Numbered from the whole stretch's first letter, positions 1 through 14,088 are shown. The stretch: 63,846 nucleotides of DNA, filler included, from Reticulomyxa filosa (GCA_000512085.1; 20 parts of 20 records of this genome joined end to end with filler, not necessarily neighbours in it); one strand, 5' to 3'. The notes: a model not told the origin generated them from the sequence alone. Made by a program: numbers and translations.

Positions 1-1596
1 TATCATCATAGATATCGTTTTAGGCGTTCAGTTTTCTTTGCAACATACGTATAATAATTTTGGGGAATTTAAGTGGAACTGAAAGAGATTTTTATATTTT
101 TATTTTAAAAAAGGATTATTAGAAGCTAGACCAATTAAGTGGTACCAGTACCAAGTCATATATGGCGGACATTGTCAAAAGACAAAAAAAGCGCAAGTGT
201 GACAAATGAGTTATGAAAGACATACACCAAATTAAACGAACTAAAAGTAATAAAGAATGCCATTCGATTACTATGACTATATGTCAATACACAAATAATA
301 AAAAAGAGTAAAAACAACTTCATGTAAAATCAAACATAAATTATAATAAAGATGACCTAAATAAGTTAATATTAAATAATAAAATATTACAAGTGATAAA
401 TCAAGTGAAGATATTGTATCATGATGGTATTCATCATAATGATGCTTTTCATCATTCGCGCCACCATCTTCACGACGTTCAACCATTTCGGTTTCATCTA
501 TTTCGATATTAGGGCATCCATTGAAAGCATAGCCAAGTAGCTAAGCACTTTGGTTCTTTGGAGTGGCATTAGGCTTTGATTCCCCAGAGGCTGTCAAGTT
601 TTTGGGAAGAGTGCATGTGTATATCTTTTCCTTCATTACTTTCATTTTAAGTAAAAAAAAAAAAAAGGTGGACATACAATCGACACTAAAAAAGTTAGTA
701 TCTCCACAACCATTCAAGAGCATTGTAATAATGTTTGAAAGATAAGAACAGATTACCAAGTTGGGTGCGAATATTGCATCGCCAGGTCAAAAGAATCACA
801 TGAAAGCTTTATACGTGAAGTTGAGCACGTACTCAAAGTACTCTCCGAAATACGATTCGATAGCGAGCAATTTGTGCTATGAGGCCAAAGGTGGACCAAT
901 GACAGCGTCACAGCTGATCCATACATTGAACAGCATCCAGAAAATAATATACAAACAAAAAGGTCTCGCCGTTTTGACAATAGATACGTTGCCATCGTAA
1001 TACACAAATTTCGAGGCATAATACAAATGATAGTCAATGAAAAGACGCCACTTGCAACTAAAAATAAGAAAATTTTTTTTATCAGTTGTTCACGTGATTG
1101 TTTAGAGATCAAATGTAGTTTTATCACACTCGCTTTTTGTTTCTCTTTGTCGTTGGTGGATCAAACACAACCAGTTCTTTTCGACCGACTATCAGCCCTA
1201 GCAAGTCATATGAAATTGCCTGGTCAAGTGTAGTCCAAGTCACGTGAGTATTTATCAATAGTTGTTCATAAGGACGGAGGATTTGTTGTTTTTGTTTGTT
1301 GTATACGTGTGGTCTCTTCGTTAACAAAAAGTGGCCATAATCAATAATTACAAACCCACAAGAATAAAAAAAAACAACGAAACATTGATTGTGAAAAAAA
1401 ACAAAATGCGATCAATTGCTATAATAACCACAATGGCAACACAAAAGACATTTTCAATTTATGTTGTACTTGCAATCTAATAATTCAGATTTATCATTCA
1501 AAAGTAGCAATTAAATTTTTTTTCAAATTCTGTCAACAAGAAAGATTTTTTTTTACATTGTAACTAAATATTTTAAGAATTTGTAACGAAACAGCA

Positions 1597-4500
1597 TCAC
1601 TGGTAAATATATTCTGTATTTTTGTCTTTTAATGCGCGCCACAATGCACCTACATGTTTTATCAGCAATTTGACCCCGTTCCTTTCATCAAACGGATTGT
1701 AATCTCTTTCATCGAAAAGCATTGTTTTCATCCAATTGCACAGTATTTCATTCCTATTCAATGTATGTTGAATTTATTCATTGGTTTTTAGAATAAACAA
1801 AAAGAATCAGACAAATGTAAAAAGGATTGAAAGGTAATGAACTAAACGATTGAATTCTGTTGGTATGACGAGCCAATGACACAATTACTTGACCAAGTAT
1901 TTGAATTGCATTTTGTCTTTCTTGTGGATCATTAAACAATAATTGAATGATTTCCCATTCATCAAAGCTGAATGCATAACTTTTGACTTCAGGACAAAGG
2001 TGTTCAAGAGTTTCTAAATTACTTTCAATGATTTCATCAGAGCATTGAAACAGTGGAATACTTATGTTGATTATATGTCGACCTAAAATAGCTTTGCCAT
2101 AGATTTCATTTTCAATTGATTGTAAATCAACTTGTTCATCAAGGTCATGTCCATATTCTGATGTTGGATAATACCAAGAGCGAATGATTTTGTCCAACAT
2201 AACTTTGTCCATACAGACAATATCTCGGTTGGAGATATCAAACAGAGATTTGGAAGTAGTCATCACAGTGTCATTATTTTCCGTTTTCTTCTTTTCGTCT
2301 TTAGTTGAATTTCTGAGATGGGAATGAACACTCCGCAGAAAGTTATTATTAATATCTTGCAACATTTCAACAATTGTCACAATACATCTCCCTGGTGTGT
2401 CTGTTTGTACAGTGCAATGATCAAGTTTAGAATTTGTAGATAAAGTTAAAATTGTGACAGTACGTTGACTGTTAAACCAATTCAAGCTTTTGACAAATTG
2501 ATTCCAATATTTTTGGAGTTTTGCATTGCCACGATCATCGATAACACTGCTTACAGTCTTCTCTTTGTATTGCTGTTGTGTCAATTTTCCAGAAAATTGT
2601 ATATGACAATGTTTCATCCATTGACCAATAGCAGGTAAGCATTTGACATATTCAATATCGTCAATTGATTTCAACAGATGAAAGAGCAATGGATATGCAT
2701 TCACCAATTCTGGTCTATTGTAAAATTTGTAATAACAAATCAGTGGATGACACAAGACGAACTTCTGAAAACATTTGAGAAATGGAACGATCAAATAAAA
2801 TATGTTCCTCTTTGACTTCATGATCGATCATATTCGAAGTGGATTGTATCTTTTGTGAAAAATGTAATACCTTGTAACATTTGAAAAATTGGGAATAATG
2901 TCGTTCAATTTCGATTTCGAATTGCGTAATACTTTGTGACTTCACTCGATTGAATTTTTTGGGATATGCTTTATTGAACCATTGAGGAAACTTACAAAGC
3001 CAATCATGTAAGGCCATACAAATTTGTTCCTCGTTCATCTCCGTCATTTTGGACAGTGATAGAAATTTTTGTTTCGCTTCTTTCCATTGTCTCTCTGATT
3101 TATCTATGTCTCTCAATAGCAACGTCAAACGATCCAACAATTGTAACAATGTACAAATTAATGGAGATACTGTTGTAGCCTGGTTTGTGTCTTCTTTATT
3201 CTCACTATTGATTTATATGCACAATGCAATGTTTATGTTTTGTAGTCTTGAAACAAACAAGCAGAAAACATTTCTTTTTATTTACATACTCAATGACAGT
3301 TCGTGTATCTGATGTAGTCTCCGCTTTGTCAATTAGTGTATTGCACCAAGGATCAGGACATTTGATTTCCTTGCAATAACCCCTGATATTTCTTTACAAA
3401 AAAAGGGATGTCCATTTGAGCAATAACGAATTACAAACTCTGTTTTTTGTGTTTTGTTTTTGGGCTGCTCACCTGGTTTGCGCTCTTTTTCAAATTTATT
3501 GGGATTAGTTAACAATACTTTGAATGGATTATCTGCAATAGTTCAAGTACAATCAATTCTCATTTTCCACAAAAATAAACAAGCAAACAAAGAAATAATA
3601 ATGTAGAGAACTTTTCGTAATTTGCAGGGTACCCAACCAGTGAAAACAAAGACGGGCAATGATTTCATCAGTTGCATCTTTAAAATTTGACGAATGAAAT
3701 ATTGTCTGTGAATCTGTTGACAGCAGTTTATTTACAAATGCTTGCTCCACTGTTGAACTTTTGAAATTCAGATTTTGTAAAAATTTGGCGATCCTTATTT
3801 CTGTGCAAATGACATGAACACAGGTTTATTGTCTCTTGGATTATCTGTCATATAATATATATATATATATATGTACATGTATATGTCTGCGTTATAAATA
3901 ACTTGACAATCTTTCGCGCTGAGGGAGGAATATTGATATGGAAAGTGCAGCAGTTAATAAGGGAGAGAGGTCTTGTTTGTCCTCGATGCAACAATTGCAA
4001 TTATCTAATGTTAATTTCTCTTTGAAATATTTGTATCTTTTTCGAAACGTTTCATTAAATGGCTGTTCGAACTGGTCCTTGCTACGTTGCCATTGCAATT
4101 GAGAGAAGACGTCGCTCAGTTCCTTGAGAGCAAAGAGCGATTGTGCAAAGAAATGTTTTGTCCAATTGACACCTTTCAGCAAATAACATTCTCTTAAAAA
4201 CCACTCATGTAAATTTTGCTCATATTCGTTCGAAGAATAATCAAAATCGGTTTGTCTGTTTCTGAAATATAACAAATCTTTGCAAATGTTATCGAATATC
4301 GATCTCAATTCACGCATCTTTGACGCATCTTCGACCATTATTGCTTTTTCAAAAAACAGATGCATACGCTTCGTCAATCGAACTTTTAATTTGGAAACTG
4401 CCATGATTTCTTGATTTATGTCATAACTGTAATGATCAGGTATTCTTCCTTCAAAGTCAGTGTCCATAAATAATTTTTCATAAACATGAATCAGATCAAC

Positions 4501-7062
4501 GAAAGCTACAGGGGATTTCAATAGATGTAACCATTTATTTCGTATCAATATTTCCAAAGATTGAAATCTGAGTAAGTATTTCCACAAAGATAATTGAACA
4601 AACTTTTGTGAATCATCAAACAGTATTTGGATGACACCTTTGGAATGTCTTTTGATTATCAGGTTCTTCTATGTGTTCAATACTTTCGACAGCCTGTAAC
4701 AAATCGCGAATAAAATAAATCCTGGAATGAGGAGAAATGATATATTTATTCGCAGATTCGATTATCCTAGGAATGACATTGACATTTTTTAAAAATCCCT
4801 CTTTTACCTCAAAGTCACTGCCATTATTATTGTTATCGTCATTTTCTATGGTCGAGCTTACAATACGTTTTGAATAGTGTTTGATGACGAAGGCCCTCAT
4901 ATGGAGTTGTCGGCATACTGATAACAAGTCTTGGTAGACTTGGACTTTGGCATATTGTTGTTGACGCAGGAACTTGAGAATGATTCTTACTGCGTGACAT
5001 GCAAACGGTCATTTTGGGAGCAAAGTCTTCCAACTCGCTTTCCGGAGATTCATGAGTTAAGAAATGTTCGGAAATGGTAAGTGTGATCCTGGTCAATTGC
5101 TCCAAGGGCATTTCCAATTCACAGCTTGATAATATCTTCTTGATGTCCGGCATCATCATCATCATCACTGCATCTTTGCAAGAGGGATACGAATTGCACA
5201 TACTTGGTAATGATATGTTCGAAATAATACAAAACTGTCTCGATAGATGGGGATATCCACAGGATTGTCCTTACCAATAATTATTTGAACTATGCATAAA
5301 ACAACATCTTTGAGGATTTCAGCTATTCGATCACTGTCTTCCATTGAAAGATAGGCATAAAACTTTCCACGAATCATATCCTTTGCATAACATTCACAAG
5401 TTTCAAAACTGCATTGATTCAGTAATAGAAATACGTTATCATTATCTCCATCCAAATTATTTTTCAAGATTGAATAAGTTTTCAACACCTTGGCACTGAT
5501 GCTAATCGACTCTGTATCTTTTTATGTCATCTTTGAATCTCTTTACAATGTATTGAAGTTTGTCAACACACCACATGTGAAAATTCCAACTGAATGGAAA
5601 ACATGCTTGATAAAGTACTTTCACTTTCCAAAAATGCAATTTTTGATCAACTATCTCACCCTTATCGAATAATGGCACCAATGCTTTATTTTTGATACTT
5701 GCTACAAAGATGTTTATTAACTCTTTTGAGCCGGCTTTATTTTTTATTGCCGAAAATATTGCCTTTATATGTGTGTTTTATTTTTTGCATCTATTTGTCA
5801 TATATTCATTATCAAAAAAAAAAAAAAAAACAAAAAAACCAAACAAATAAAAAACTTGGAGGTAGCAATTTTCATAAAGGGATAACAAGACCCTGATCCA
5901 TCCCAAGATGATTACATTATCTACAATCATTTGATAGGCTTGAAGAAAGCTTAGTCGAGGTTCATTTTGCTCTTTTTTCACAGCCTCTCCAGCTTTCTTT
6001 TTAATCTCTTGGACGATACGATTAACGGTTATATTTTTCTTTAATACTAATTTCAATCGTTTGATCATCAGCTCTTGAATTTGTGTAGGCACTAGCTCAA
6101 CCTCCAATTCAAATGAAGAGCTAAGAGAGGATGGAAACTCCAAATAAAAAAAGGCACGTCGTATCAGTTTTTCCATCTGATTCAAGCATTTTATATAAAA
6201 AAAAAAGAGTAGCTTCGATATAAATACATATATATCATATACATACATATATAATGAAAAGATAAATAAAACAAACGTGCTCAAACGAGGAATACTGGTC
6301 AAACACAGTTATTGGATCACTTGTGATCAAGTTTTTCAGGTGCAATGGTGATTGGCTGGTCAGAGAATCAACAAAAGCAAGTTTCCATTTTCTATTCGAA
6401 AGATTTCCACAACAAAATGTTGGTAATGTTTTCTATTGTTTTGTAAAAATAAATAAAACATGTAAACTGTGAAAAAATGATAGGAAATGGATTCTTTTGT
6501 CCCATAACATTATGAACAATAAGAACAACAAATTTTTGGTTGGTAGGTTTCTCGTTATCGGATTTGCTGCAATACAAAGAATAGGCACTTTCGAGAATAC
6601 ATTTGATTTGAAAAAACTGTGTTAAGTCATTGCTCTTGTGTTGATATTGCAAGATGAGTCTATTCTTCCTGGAATTCTCAAAGAAATCTGTTGCATCTTT
6701 TTCAAAGTGACTCACTTTCATGTAATCATTGATACGCTTGCTATTCCATTTGCGTTGAAAAGATTTATGTTCCAAATCACAGGTCAAAATTAACAACATT
6801 TCTTTATCGGAATTGTGTTTTGTGGTGTTCAAGACTTGTTCCTATTCGTTTTATTTTATTGTATTTTGTGAATTGTCTAAAGAGTACAACAATGATCACC
6901 TTTCTTCCATTAAATAAAAGACACTTAACAAATGTGTCGAAAGATTGATTTGTGTTGTCAAACTTTTGATCCATCGCTAAACTCACAATTTTGGCTGGAT
7001 AGCGAAGTGGATAGAACAATTCCAACAATTGCTCCGATTCATCTTGTTTTACGTCACTTTGC
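1597..7062 (-). CDS. RNF213-like: RNF213/mysterin-like giant E3 ligase, C-terminal portion (late AAA region, E3 module, RZ finger); multi-exon, frameshifted, 5' part off-contig
   Basis: Motifs collinear with RNF213 as I recall it: KFVVLIVH...KWKLAFVDSL (cf. WQSVHIDDL); YCSNGHP...CPDPWC (RZ finger); YPLLFHLL..IEYVKCLPAI; TPGRCIVTIVEMLQDINNNF (cf. GLCATALVSYLIRLHNEI); EYGHDLDEQVDLQSIENEI..ILGR (cf. QEFDLEKIQRQIVSRFLQGK); final exon LLIKHVGALW. ORF pieces at 1778-2821, 2715-3149, 3333-3515, 3553-3750, 3892-4587, 4616-5488, 5778-6302 and 6392-7028. Confidence 0.8.
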
Positions 7063-7162
7063 NNNNNNNNNNNNNNNNNNNNNNNNNNNNNNNNNNNNNN
7101 NNNNNNTTAATTAATTAANNNNNNNNNNNNNNNNNNNNNNNNNNNNNNNNNNNNNNNNNNNN
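7063..7162. other. Artificial contig linker N44-TTAATTAATTAA-N44 (first of 19)
   Basis: Identical 100-bp six-frame-stop spacers start at 7063, 10988, 13586, 15310, 18595, 20769, 22438, 26115, 29142, 30269, 34475, 41205, 42965, 46076, 53761, 56993, 58433, 59910 and 61045. Confidence 0.98.
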
Positions 7163-7207
7163 AAAAAAAAAAAAAAAAAAAAATTTTTAAAAAAAAAAAA
7201 AAAAAAG

Positions 7208-8778
7208 TTGGACGAACTACGAAAGCAATCAAAAACAATAACCTATGCCCCACCTCCAGGCATAATGAAAGCGAGCAATAGTAAGGATAGTCGTGACGAC
7301 GGCGACAGTGCGAAACCGCGCGAAACTGCGAGTGAAGCAAAAGCGAAAACGAAGGAGCAAGAGAACATATCGTTGATAACGGACGTGAAGCTGGTGAAAA
7401 AGCTGCACGACATGAAAGAAATGGAACCGATCAAAGACGACGACAACATAATGACACTGTTGAAAAAAGAACAAAACCGAGATACTTTGGACTATCAATA
7501 CGAACTACTGCACACTCATGGGGGCAAAAAGTTATTGGAAACGACCAACACCGACGATCAATTTGACACAATTGATGAGCACCAATTGTTCCAAGATACC
7601 AATGTTATATACATATACATATATATATACATATACATATATGTATATATATATTTTAAAAATTGTAAAATATTATATAATATCTTTTTTTTTTTTTTTT
7701 TTGATAGACAAATCGCAAACGGAAATTGGAAAGTAAAAGTGAAGAAGCACAGCGCAGTCGCAAGCGACAGAGACTTGTTGCATTGCATAGCAAAGAAATG
7801 GAAATGCTGAACAAGTGCAAGTATTGCTTAGAGAACGACATTTGCAAAGAAAAGATTCAGCATTTGATAGTGACCATTGGGAAATATTTTTATGTGTGCG
7901 TCATGCCGGAACGATCACCGTTGCACCGCTTTTGCTGCTTGATCGTCCCAATGGAACATGTGTGCAGTATACGTAGTGGCTTAGCGCAAATGAGCGAGCA
8001 GTACACAAGTGCCCAAGAAGAAGAGTTTCGCGCAGAGCTGTTTCACATTCAAAACTCGCTGACCATTTTTTATTTGAAACAGTTTCATTGTGGCACGGTG
8101 TTCCTTGAAACGTGTAAGCACCTACGAAAGCAGCAGTTGCAAAAAAAGTATCATTCTCATATTATCGTCGTGCCCGTTACCAAAGACCATGGCCTGTTTG
8201 ATGCATTGCCTCGTTTTTTGTCAATGAAATCGAGCACTCGGATATCATGTGGACAATGAACGCCAAGTTGATACGCTTGAAGGCTGGCCAAACCATTCAT
8301 CAGTTTCGAAAGCAATTTGTGCTATATGGCTCTTATTTAATAATGTTTTTGTATTGTTTGTCTTCTTAGAGCCATTCCGACGTATATGCCCTATTTTCAT
8401 GTTCAGTTTGGTGTCAGTGGCGGTGGCTTTGCACATTTGATTGAGGACGAACATAAGTTCCCTTTGCATTTTGGCCAGGAGATAATTGCGGGGACTTTGA
8501 AGCTAGACTTTTGCAAGGGACAAAGCGAAGCGCTGCCCGAGCAAACAAAACGCGCAGATGAGTTCAAACAGCTTTATGAACCATTTCAATTTGAAAAGCT
8601 AAAACAACGAATGGAAACTATCGAACAAGAAAAAATCAAACTGCAAAAAGAAAAAGACGTCGAAGAAGAGGTTCCTTTCAGTCTTGAATGGATGAAAGCG
8701 CATAACATTGCTACTGAGTCCTCTTCGAACACTCAGTCTACTGACAAACAACCCACCAACCAATCCCAGAATTTATAA
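7208..8778 (+). CDS. CWF19L2: CWF19-like protein 2 (CwfJ C-terminal domains), 5'-partial, spliced
   Basis: CKYCL..HLIVTIGKYFYV..CLIVPMEH..VFLET..HSHIIVVPV and PYFHVQFGVSGGGFAHLIEDEHKFPLHFGQEIIAG. GT-AG introns at ~7604-7707 and 8303-8369. One frameshift in the T-run near 8215. Confidence 0.88.
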
Positions 8779-9499
8779 ATTAAGGATAACCAGAACTTTT
8801 GAAATGACAAAAGGGAGAGAAAGAGGATGAGAGATTCACTCTTTTTTTTTTAAAAAAAAGGATTTCTTGGAAGTGACGATGTTTTCGGATAGTATTGATG
8901 CTTTTTTAATTTTATTGTCAACAAAAAAAAACAAATCAAGACAAAATTCAAAAAAAAGATTCGTGTTCATTTGACATGAATTATTCACAAACGAAAACCT
9001 GAAGTCACATTTTATAATTGTTCACTCAAAAGCTTAAGCTTTGCTTTTGATCAAACCAATAACAATAAAATCTTTATTATTTCAACACTGAAGTGTGACG
9101 ATGATTTGCCAAGAGGGCTTGGAAATGATTAAATCTTGTGAAAGCATTTACGAAAATAATTTGAAGAAATACTTTTGTTGAACATTAAAACGTCATTGTA
9201 ATAAAGAAGAACTTAATTATCACGTCGCCTGCCACTTGGAAAGTTGTCGTTTTGACCAAAGGAAAACCAAAAGAAATTTTTTTTTTAAGTTTCAGAATCT
9301 TATCCTTTTATCAAATTGACCAACAGATAGTAAAAAAGCAAAAAAATTCAAAAAGAAAAACAGAGAGAATTTGAATTTTTTTTTGGTGTTATTTATCGAT
9401 TCGGTTTCTCTTTGTCGATTTTGGAGTTTTTGTCTGCACTTTCAGATACGGAAGTGATTTTTTAATTTGACAGTATTTGACAAAACAATTACTTGTAAG

Positions 9500-10878
9500 A
9501 TGTGTGATCTGAATAATGGAGTGTGTATGGAAATGCAAACGCCAATGGGTTTGTATTCATTCGAATCACACAAAAAAACACTTTTTTTTTTTTTTTTTTA
9601 AGGTTTCTTTTTTCTTCATTTTTTTTTTGTTGAAAAAAGGGACATTGCTTTAAATGTAGTACGGGTACAACTTTTGAACAAAAAAAAAAAAAATAATAAA
9701 AAAAAGAGAGTGAAAACGATGAAAACTTGGTAAATCACTTGACCCCATTATTGCACGCACACGACATGGAAAGGGATCGTATCGAAATCGATCAGTGCCT
9801 GAGATTGGACAGCACGTCGATAAGAGGGGAAGACACGGACACGGATAAGAGGGACGAAGGGGAAGAAAGGTTTGATTGTCCGCGCGAGGAGGAGTGGAGG
9901 GACACGAAGCCCTTGCAGTGCACGATGGAATGGCTCGGCATGGAATCTGACAATGACGCCACTGTAACTTATGATTGCAACAACAGTAATGAAGCCTATG
10001 GCGAAACTAGTGACACCACCTTTGTCACTTTGTGTCCACAAGCCGCAGAAACAGCCGAAAAGGGAAGTTTCATTAACTCGTCTTGGATCACAAAAACTTC
10101 GGCTGAGTTTCCTTTGGCATCGACCCATTTGCCTGTCGTGCCCCCTCCTACGTCGTCCCTTGCCATTGTCTACAGTCCAAAGATCGGGAATGTTACAGCA
10201 GTTAATAATAACAAATAAATAAATAAATATTTATTTATTTATGTTTTTTTTGAAACATTCTTTTGTTATTTAAAAAAAAAAAAAGATGGGAAAAGTAAAG
10301 CCACAACAAGACGACTCGCGCACGTGTGGATTTATCTTCCCGCGATCAAACACCGTTCGCAAAATGATAGTGGCCCCGTCGTTTTGTATGGAACGACGCA
10401 AGCCGTTGGGAGAGACAAGGAGTGTGGTGGAAACCAAAAAAACCACCACGACGACCACCAGGACCACCATGACGGCCACGACAATGACCACGACAACAAC
10501 CATGACCACGACCACCACCACAAAGACAGTGATCCAACAAACGTGTGGCAGCGCCAACGCGGACGTACGCGAATGCAAGGACTCCATCAACGCTTATCGT
10601 CACTCGCTTTCCATGCATTGCAACAAGGAGGACGCTGTCATGGCCATGCGCTCGTCACGCCCGCAAAGTCCGCGTGACACGTGTTATTTAAATCCAAAGA
10701 AAGAGAAGAAGCAGCAGAAGACGTCTCCTCTCTCTAAATACCAGCCCAGCCCCTCACCACATAAGAGCAAACATGGACTTAACTTTAGTGTCCATTGGAA
10801 GAGTTTACCCGTGTTTAACTTCATTTCGTATCCCTTTTCCAGAAAGAACAAACTCCAGTCCCAACATATCAAGTTTTA

Positions 10879-10916
<38 letters not shown>

Positions 10917-10930
10917 ATAGGTTTGATTAA
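9500..10930 (+). CDS. Hypothetical low-complexity protein with Thr-rich tract, spliced, 3'-partial
   Basis: ATG at 9500 (MCDLNNGVCMEMQTPM); GC-richer exons 9727-10191 and 10286-~10870 joined by a phase-0 GT-AG intron 10192-10285. Confidence 0.55.
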
Positions 10931-11119
10931 TACTATATGTATACGTATGTAAAGGAGGAGGCCACATTATTATTTTTTTTTTTTTTTNNNNNNNNNNNNN
11001 NNNNNNNNNNNNNNNNNNNNNNNNNNNNNNNTTAATTAATTAANNNNNNNNNNNNNNNNNNNNNNNNNNNNNNNNNNNNNNNNNNNNAAAAAAAAGGATA
11101 CAAATTAAGACATATTCAT

Positions 11120-11620
11120 TTGACTTCTCTTATTGATCAAGAACAAGCTCGAGAAAACTTTTCGAAACAAAAAAAAATGACAGTGAGAGAGCTCTTTGAT
11201 GTGCTGAAAGAAGAAGATGAAACAGTAACAGAAGAAGAGCAAAGAAAGCAAGCAGTGTTTTCCTGTATGATAAATAGTGACATAAAAAAATGTGATTACT
11301 TAAAAACCAAGCAATTGCGTAGTCTATCGAGTATGGCATGCCAATTGGAAGAGTCATTGTTTACAGCAAAACTACTCAAAAAAGGGGTCAACTCAAATTT
11401 AGCAAATCAAATTAATAGAATATCATTAATGGAGTGTTGTTTAAGAGGTATGAGAGATTCAAATCAAAAAAATTTAATAATAATAAATAAATAATAATAA
11501 TAAGGAAAGTCAGAAATAGTAGAATTATTATTAATACATAATCCCAGTCCAAATAAAAATGCACAAGATATTAATGGAAATGCACCATTGATTTACGCCT
11601 GTCAAAAACGATTATTATAA
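11120..11620 (+). pseudogene. Ankyrin-repeat fragment, degenerate
   Basis: LLKKGVNSNLANQINRISLMECCLRG, then EIVELLLIHNP..NAQDINGNAPLIYAC, followed by a stop. Confidence 0.55.
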
Positions 11621-13179
11621 AATTCAATTCGGTGCCTTGCAATGTAAATATTTAAAATTAGCATTATTTATATCAATTGAAAATTCGCACAAAGAAATTG
11701 TAAGAAAAATTGATTGAAAGAAGCATATTGTTATTTAGAATATACTTTACGGGTTAGTAAATTTATATCCTTTTTTAAATAAAAAAAAAAGTTATTTATG
11801 TACATATCATTTATAGAATGGAACTACACTATCAAAGGATCTTCTGACATTGCAAATATGACATTTAATCTATAAAAATAATTACGATATAGATTATGCT
11901 GATGTATACGTATGTAAATTTATAAATTTATGTATATGTATATGTCTATAAAATACTTCCTACATTATAATAATGATGTTTGTAAATTATTATTAAATAA
12001 TCAACCACAAAAATGTGATTTATGTGATATAGGCGAAGCCTGTGCAAAGTAATTTCACAAAGAGTGGCACCACCTTGTTATTACTAACTCGCAGAATGAA
12101 CAATTTGGTGAGCTAAAAAAAATGTCCTCATTGCTAAAGTGGACGTGACAACTCAAAGTTGTTTTTCTCCATTTCTTTTTTTGTTTGCATGTTATAACAT
12201 CTCCAAAGTCAAATTGTTTGCACTTTGGAAAATGTACAATTGCCACATTGAATATCTTCGCTTTTATTAAAGCCCTTTTCAACAATTTTGTTTGTATTAT
12301 AAAATTCATGCAGGCTTAGTGCTCATATTAGCCTTGCATCTTTAAAAAAAATTTATGAAAAATTTTTAGAATGAAATTTTTTTTTTAACAATTCATTCCA
12401 TTTTCCAAAAACTTTTAAAAAATACTTTCCAAAATGCAAAATGTAAAATAACATTTGGAAAGTATGAATCACCATATGTAGTATCTGAGAAGTTAATCGA
12501 ATTGTTGATTTGATTATTATTGTTATTGTTATTGTTATTTGCATCAATATCGATATTAAAAAATACGCTTTCATCTATATTTACTTTGAAAAATTCGCTG
12601 TTTGTTCGAAACAGCGTAAGCCTATTTATTTTTATTATTGACTTTGTAATTTCTTGAAAAAAAAATTATAAAAAAAATCTCTTTTCAATGAAGTCAGAAA
12701 AAATTGTCCATCACTTTGACTCAGTCGTAAGGGAAAGTATTATCATCAAAGAAAAAAACAATTTAACAAAAATAATACATTACCTTAATTGCACCCGCAT
12801 TTCCGCAAAAAAAAAATAACTAGTTAAAAACATCTCTGGTCAAGGATACAGGCTTGTCCTTGTAAACACAATTGTTGTAACAAAAAAAACAACTAACCAT
12901 TTAACAAATAAAGAAACGAACAAAAGACAGTTTTTGTCTGTGAAGAAAAACTCAAACAAGGGACTAACTTTAAAAAAATTATAATCCAATTTTTATAAAC
13001 AAATTTTTTGCATTTTTTACAATAGAAACTTATTCAAATTATTTCAAATAATTTGAATTCATCGAATTGAAGATTGTCAATCAGTTTTAACTTACGATAG
13101 AAAAAAACCCTCTAAGTATAAAAAAAATAAATTATATATTCTCCAACAGATATTCTTTAATTTGAAAATACAATAACAA

Positions 13180-13585
13180 AAGATCTGGAGATAGTCCTCT
13201 CAAAAAAATGTTTGCTTGGATGTAATTAATTCTCTCACTGTTTGAGACTTTTGTCAAAGCATTCTATTGTATATCAACTAGCAGTTCTTTGGTGGCATCT
13301 TATAAAGCAAAAATTACACTCTTTTTGGATAAATCGCAGTTGTTGTATGTGTGAAAAAAGTTTTGAAAAAATAGCACAAAAACTGTTGACAATGTTTGGT
13401 TTGAGATGTTGGTGATGAGAGAATCACTTATACAATCAAAACAAAAAGAGAATGGTTTGATCAGATTTTTTGTTGTAAATACATTTTTTTTTTGTTCCAC
13501 GAATTTGTTAATCTGAACAACCAACCAATCAAAGATTTTGGGATACACAAACTTGCACAAAAAGAATCCCTTTAATCTCGTGCAA
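13180..13585 (-). pseudogene. Myosin motor-domain fragment, degenerate
   Basis: RDSFCKFVYPKIFDWLVVQINK matches the myosin RDALAKxLYxxLFDWLVxxIN helix. A QQF remnant follows; stops and frameshifts are present. Confidence 0.55.
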
Positions 13586-13685
13586 NNNNNNNNNNNNNNN
13601 NNNNNNNNNNNNNNNNNNNNNNNNNNNNNTTAATTAATTAANNNNNNNNNNNNNNNNNNNNNNNNNNNNNNNNNNNNNNNNNNNN

Positions 13686-13717
<32 letters not shown>

Positions 13718-13778
13718 TGAAAAGAAGAATGAAAATACTCGCAAGCAAGGAAAGCTAAATCACAGTGAATTTCACGAC

Positions 13779-14052
13779 GTGACAGTACAGCACTCGGAAA
13801 ACGCTGACAACAATGACAACAAACAGCTGCTGTTGCAAGCGCACTTGAGCGACAACAATCAGGCTTTGCAAGTGCAAGTGCAAGTGCAAGCGCAAGAAGA
13901 CGTGGAGATGACCGCCGAGCGTGAAGAAAAGTCACCACAAGATGCGAGTGGACACGACACAGAGCCACATGCCAACATTCCCAAATGCAGCGTCAAAAAA
14001 TGGGATCATTTGAACCACCAAAAAATCCCGCAAGTATATACCTACGTATACA

Positions 14053-14088
<36 letters not shown>

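Noticed and set aside
120-1330. Membrane-protein gene on the minus strand
   Set aside because: Hydrophobic fragments are present, but every frame is interrupted by stops and no family is recognisable, so there is too little support to call it.
7107-7118. Recurrent TTAATTAATTAA palindrome as a biological repeat or CRISPR-like array
   Set aside because: It is always centred in exactly 44+44 Ns, so it is a synthetic six-frame-stop contig linker.
8210-8225. Programmed frameshifting or an alternative genetic code to explain broken ORFs
   Set aside because: Most shifts in otherwise intact genes lie in homopolymer runs typical of pyrosequencing error, and TAA/TGA are used as normal terminators (NOX, NLE1, WD40 genes).
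8303-8369. Non-canonical GC-AG intron in CWF19L2
   Set aside because: A canonical GT donor at 8303 gives an in-frame HQAIPTYMPYF junction.
10270-10677. Multiple overlapping ORFs (poly-V, poly-H/D, poly-W/S)
   Set aside because: These are shadow frames of the ACC/ACG Thr-codon repeat in the plus-strand gene.
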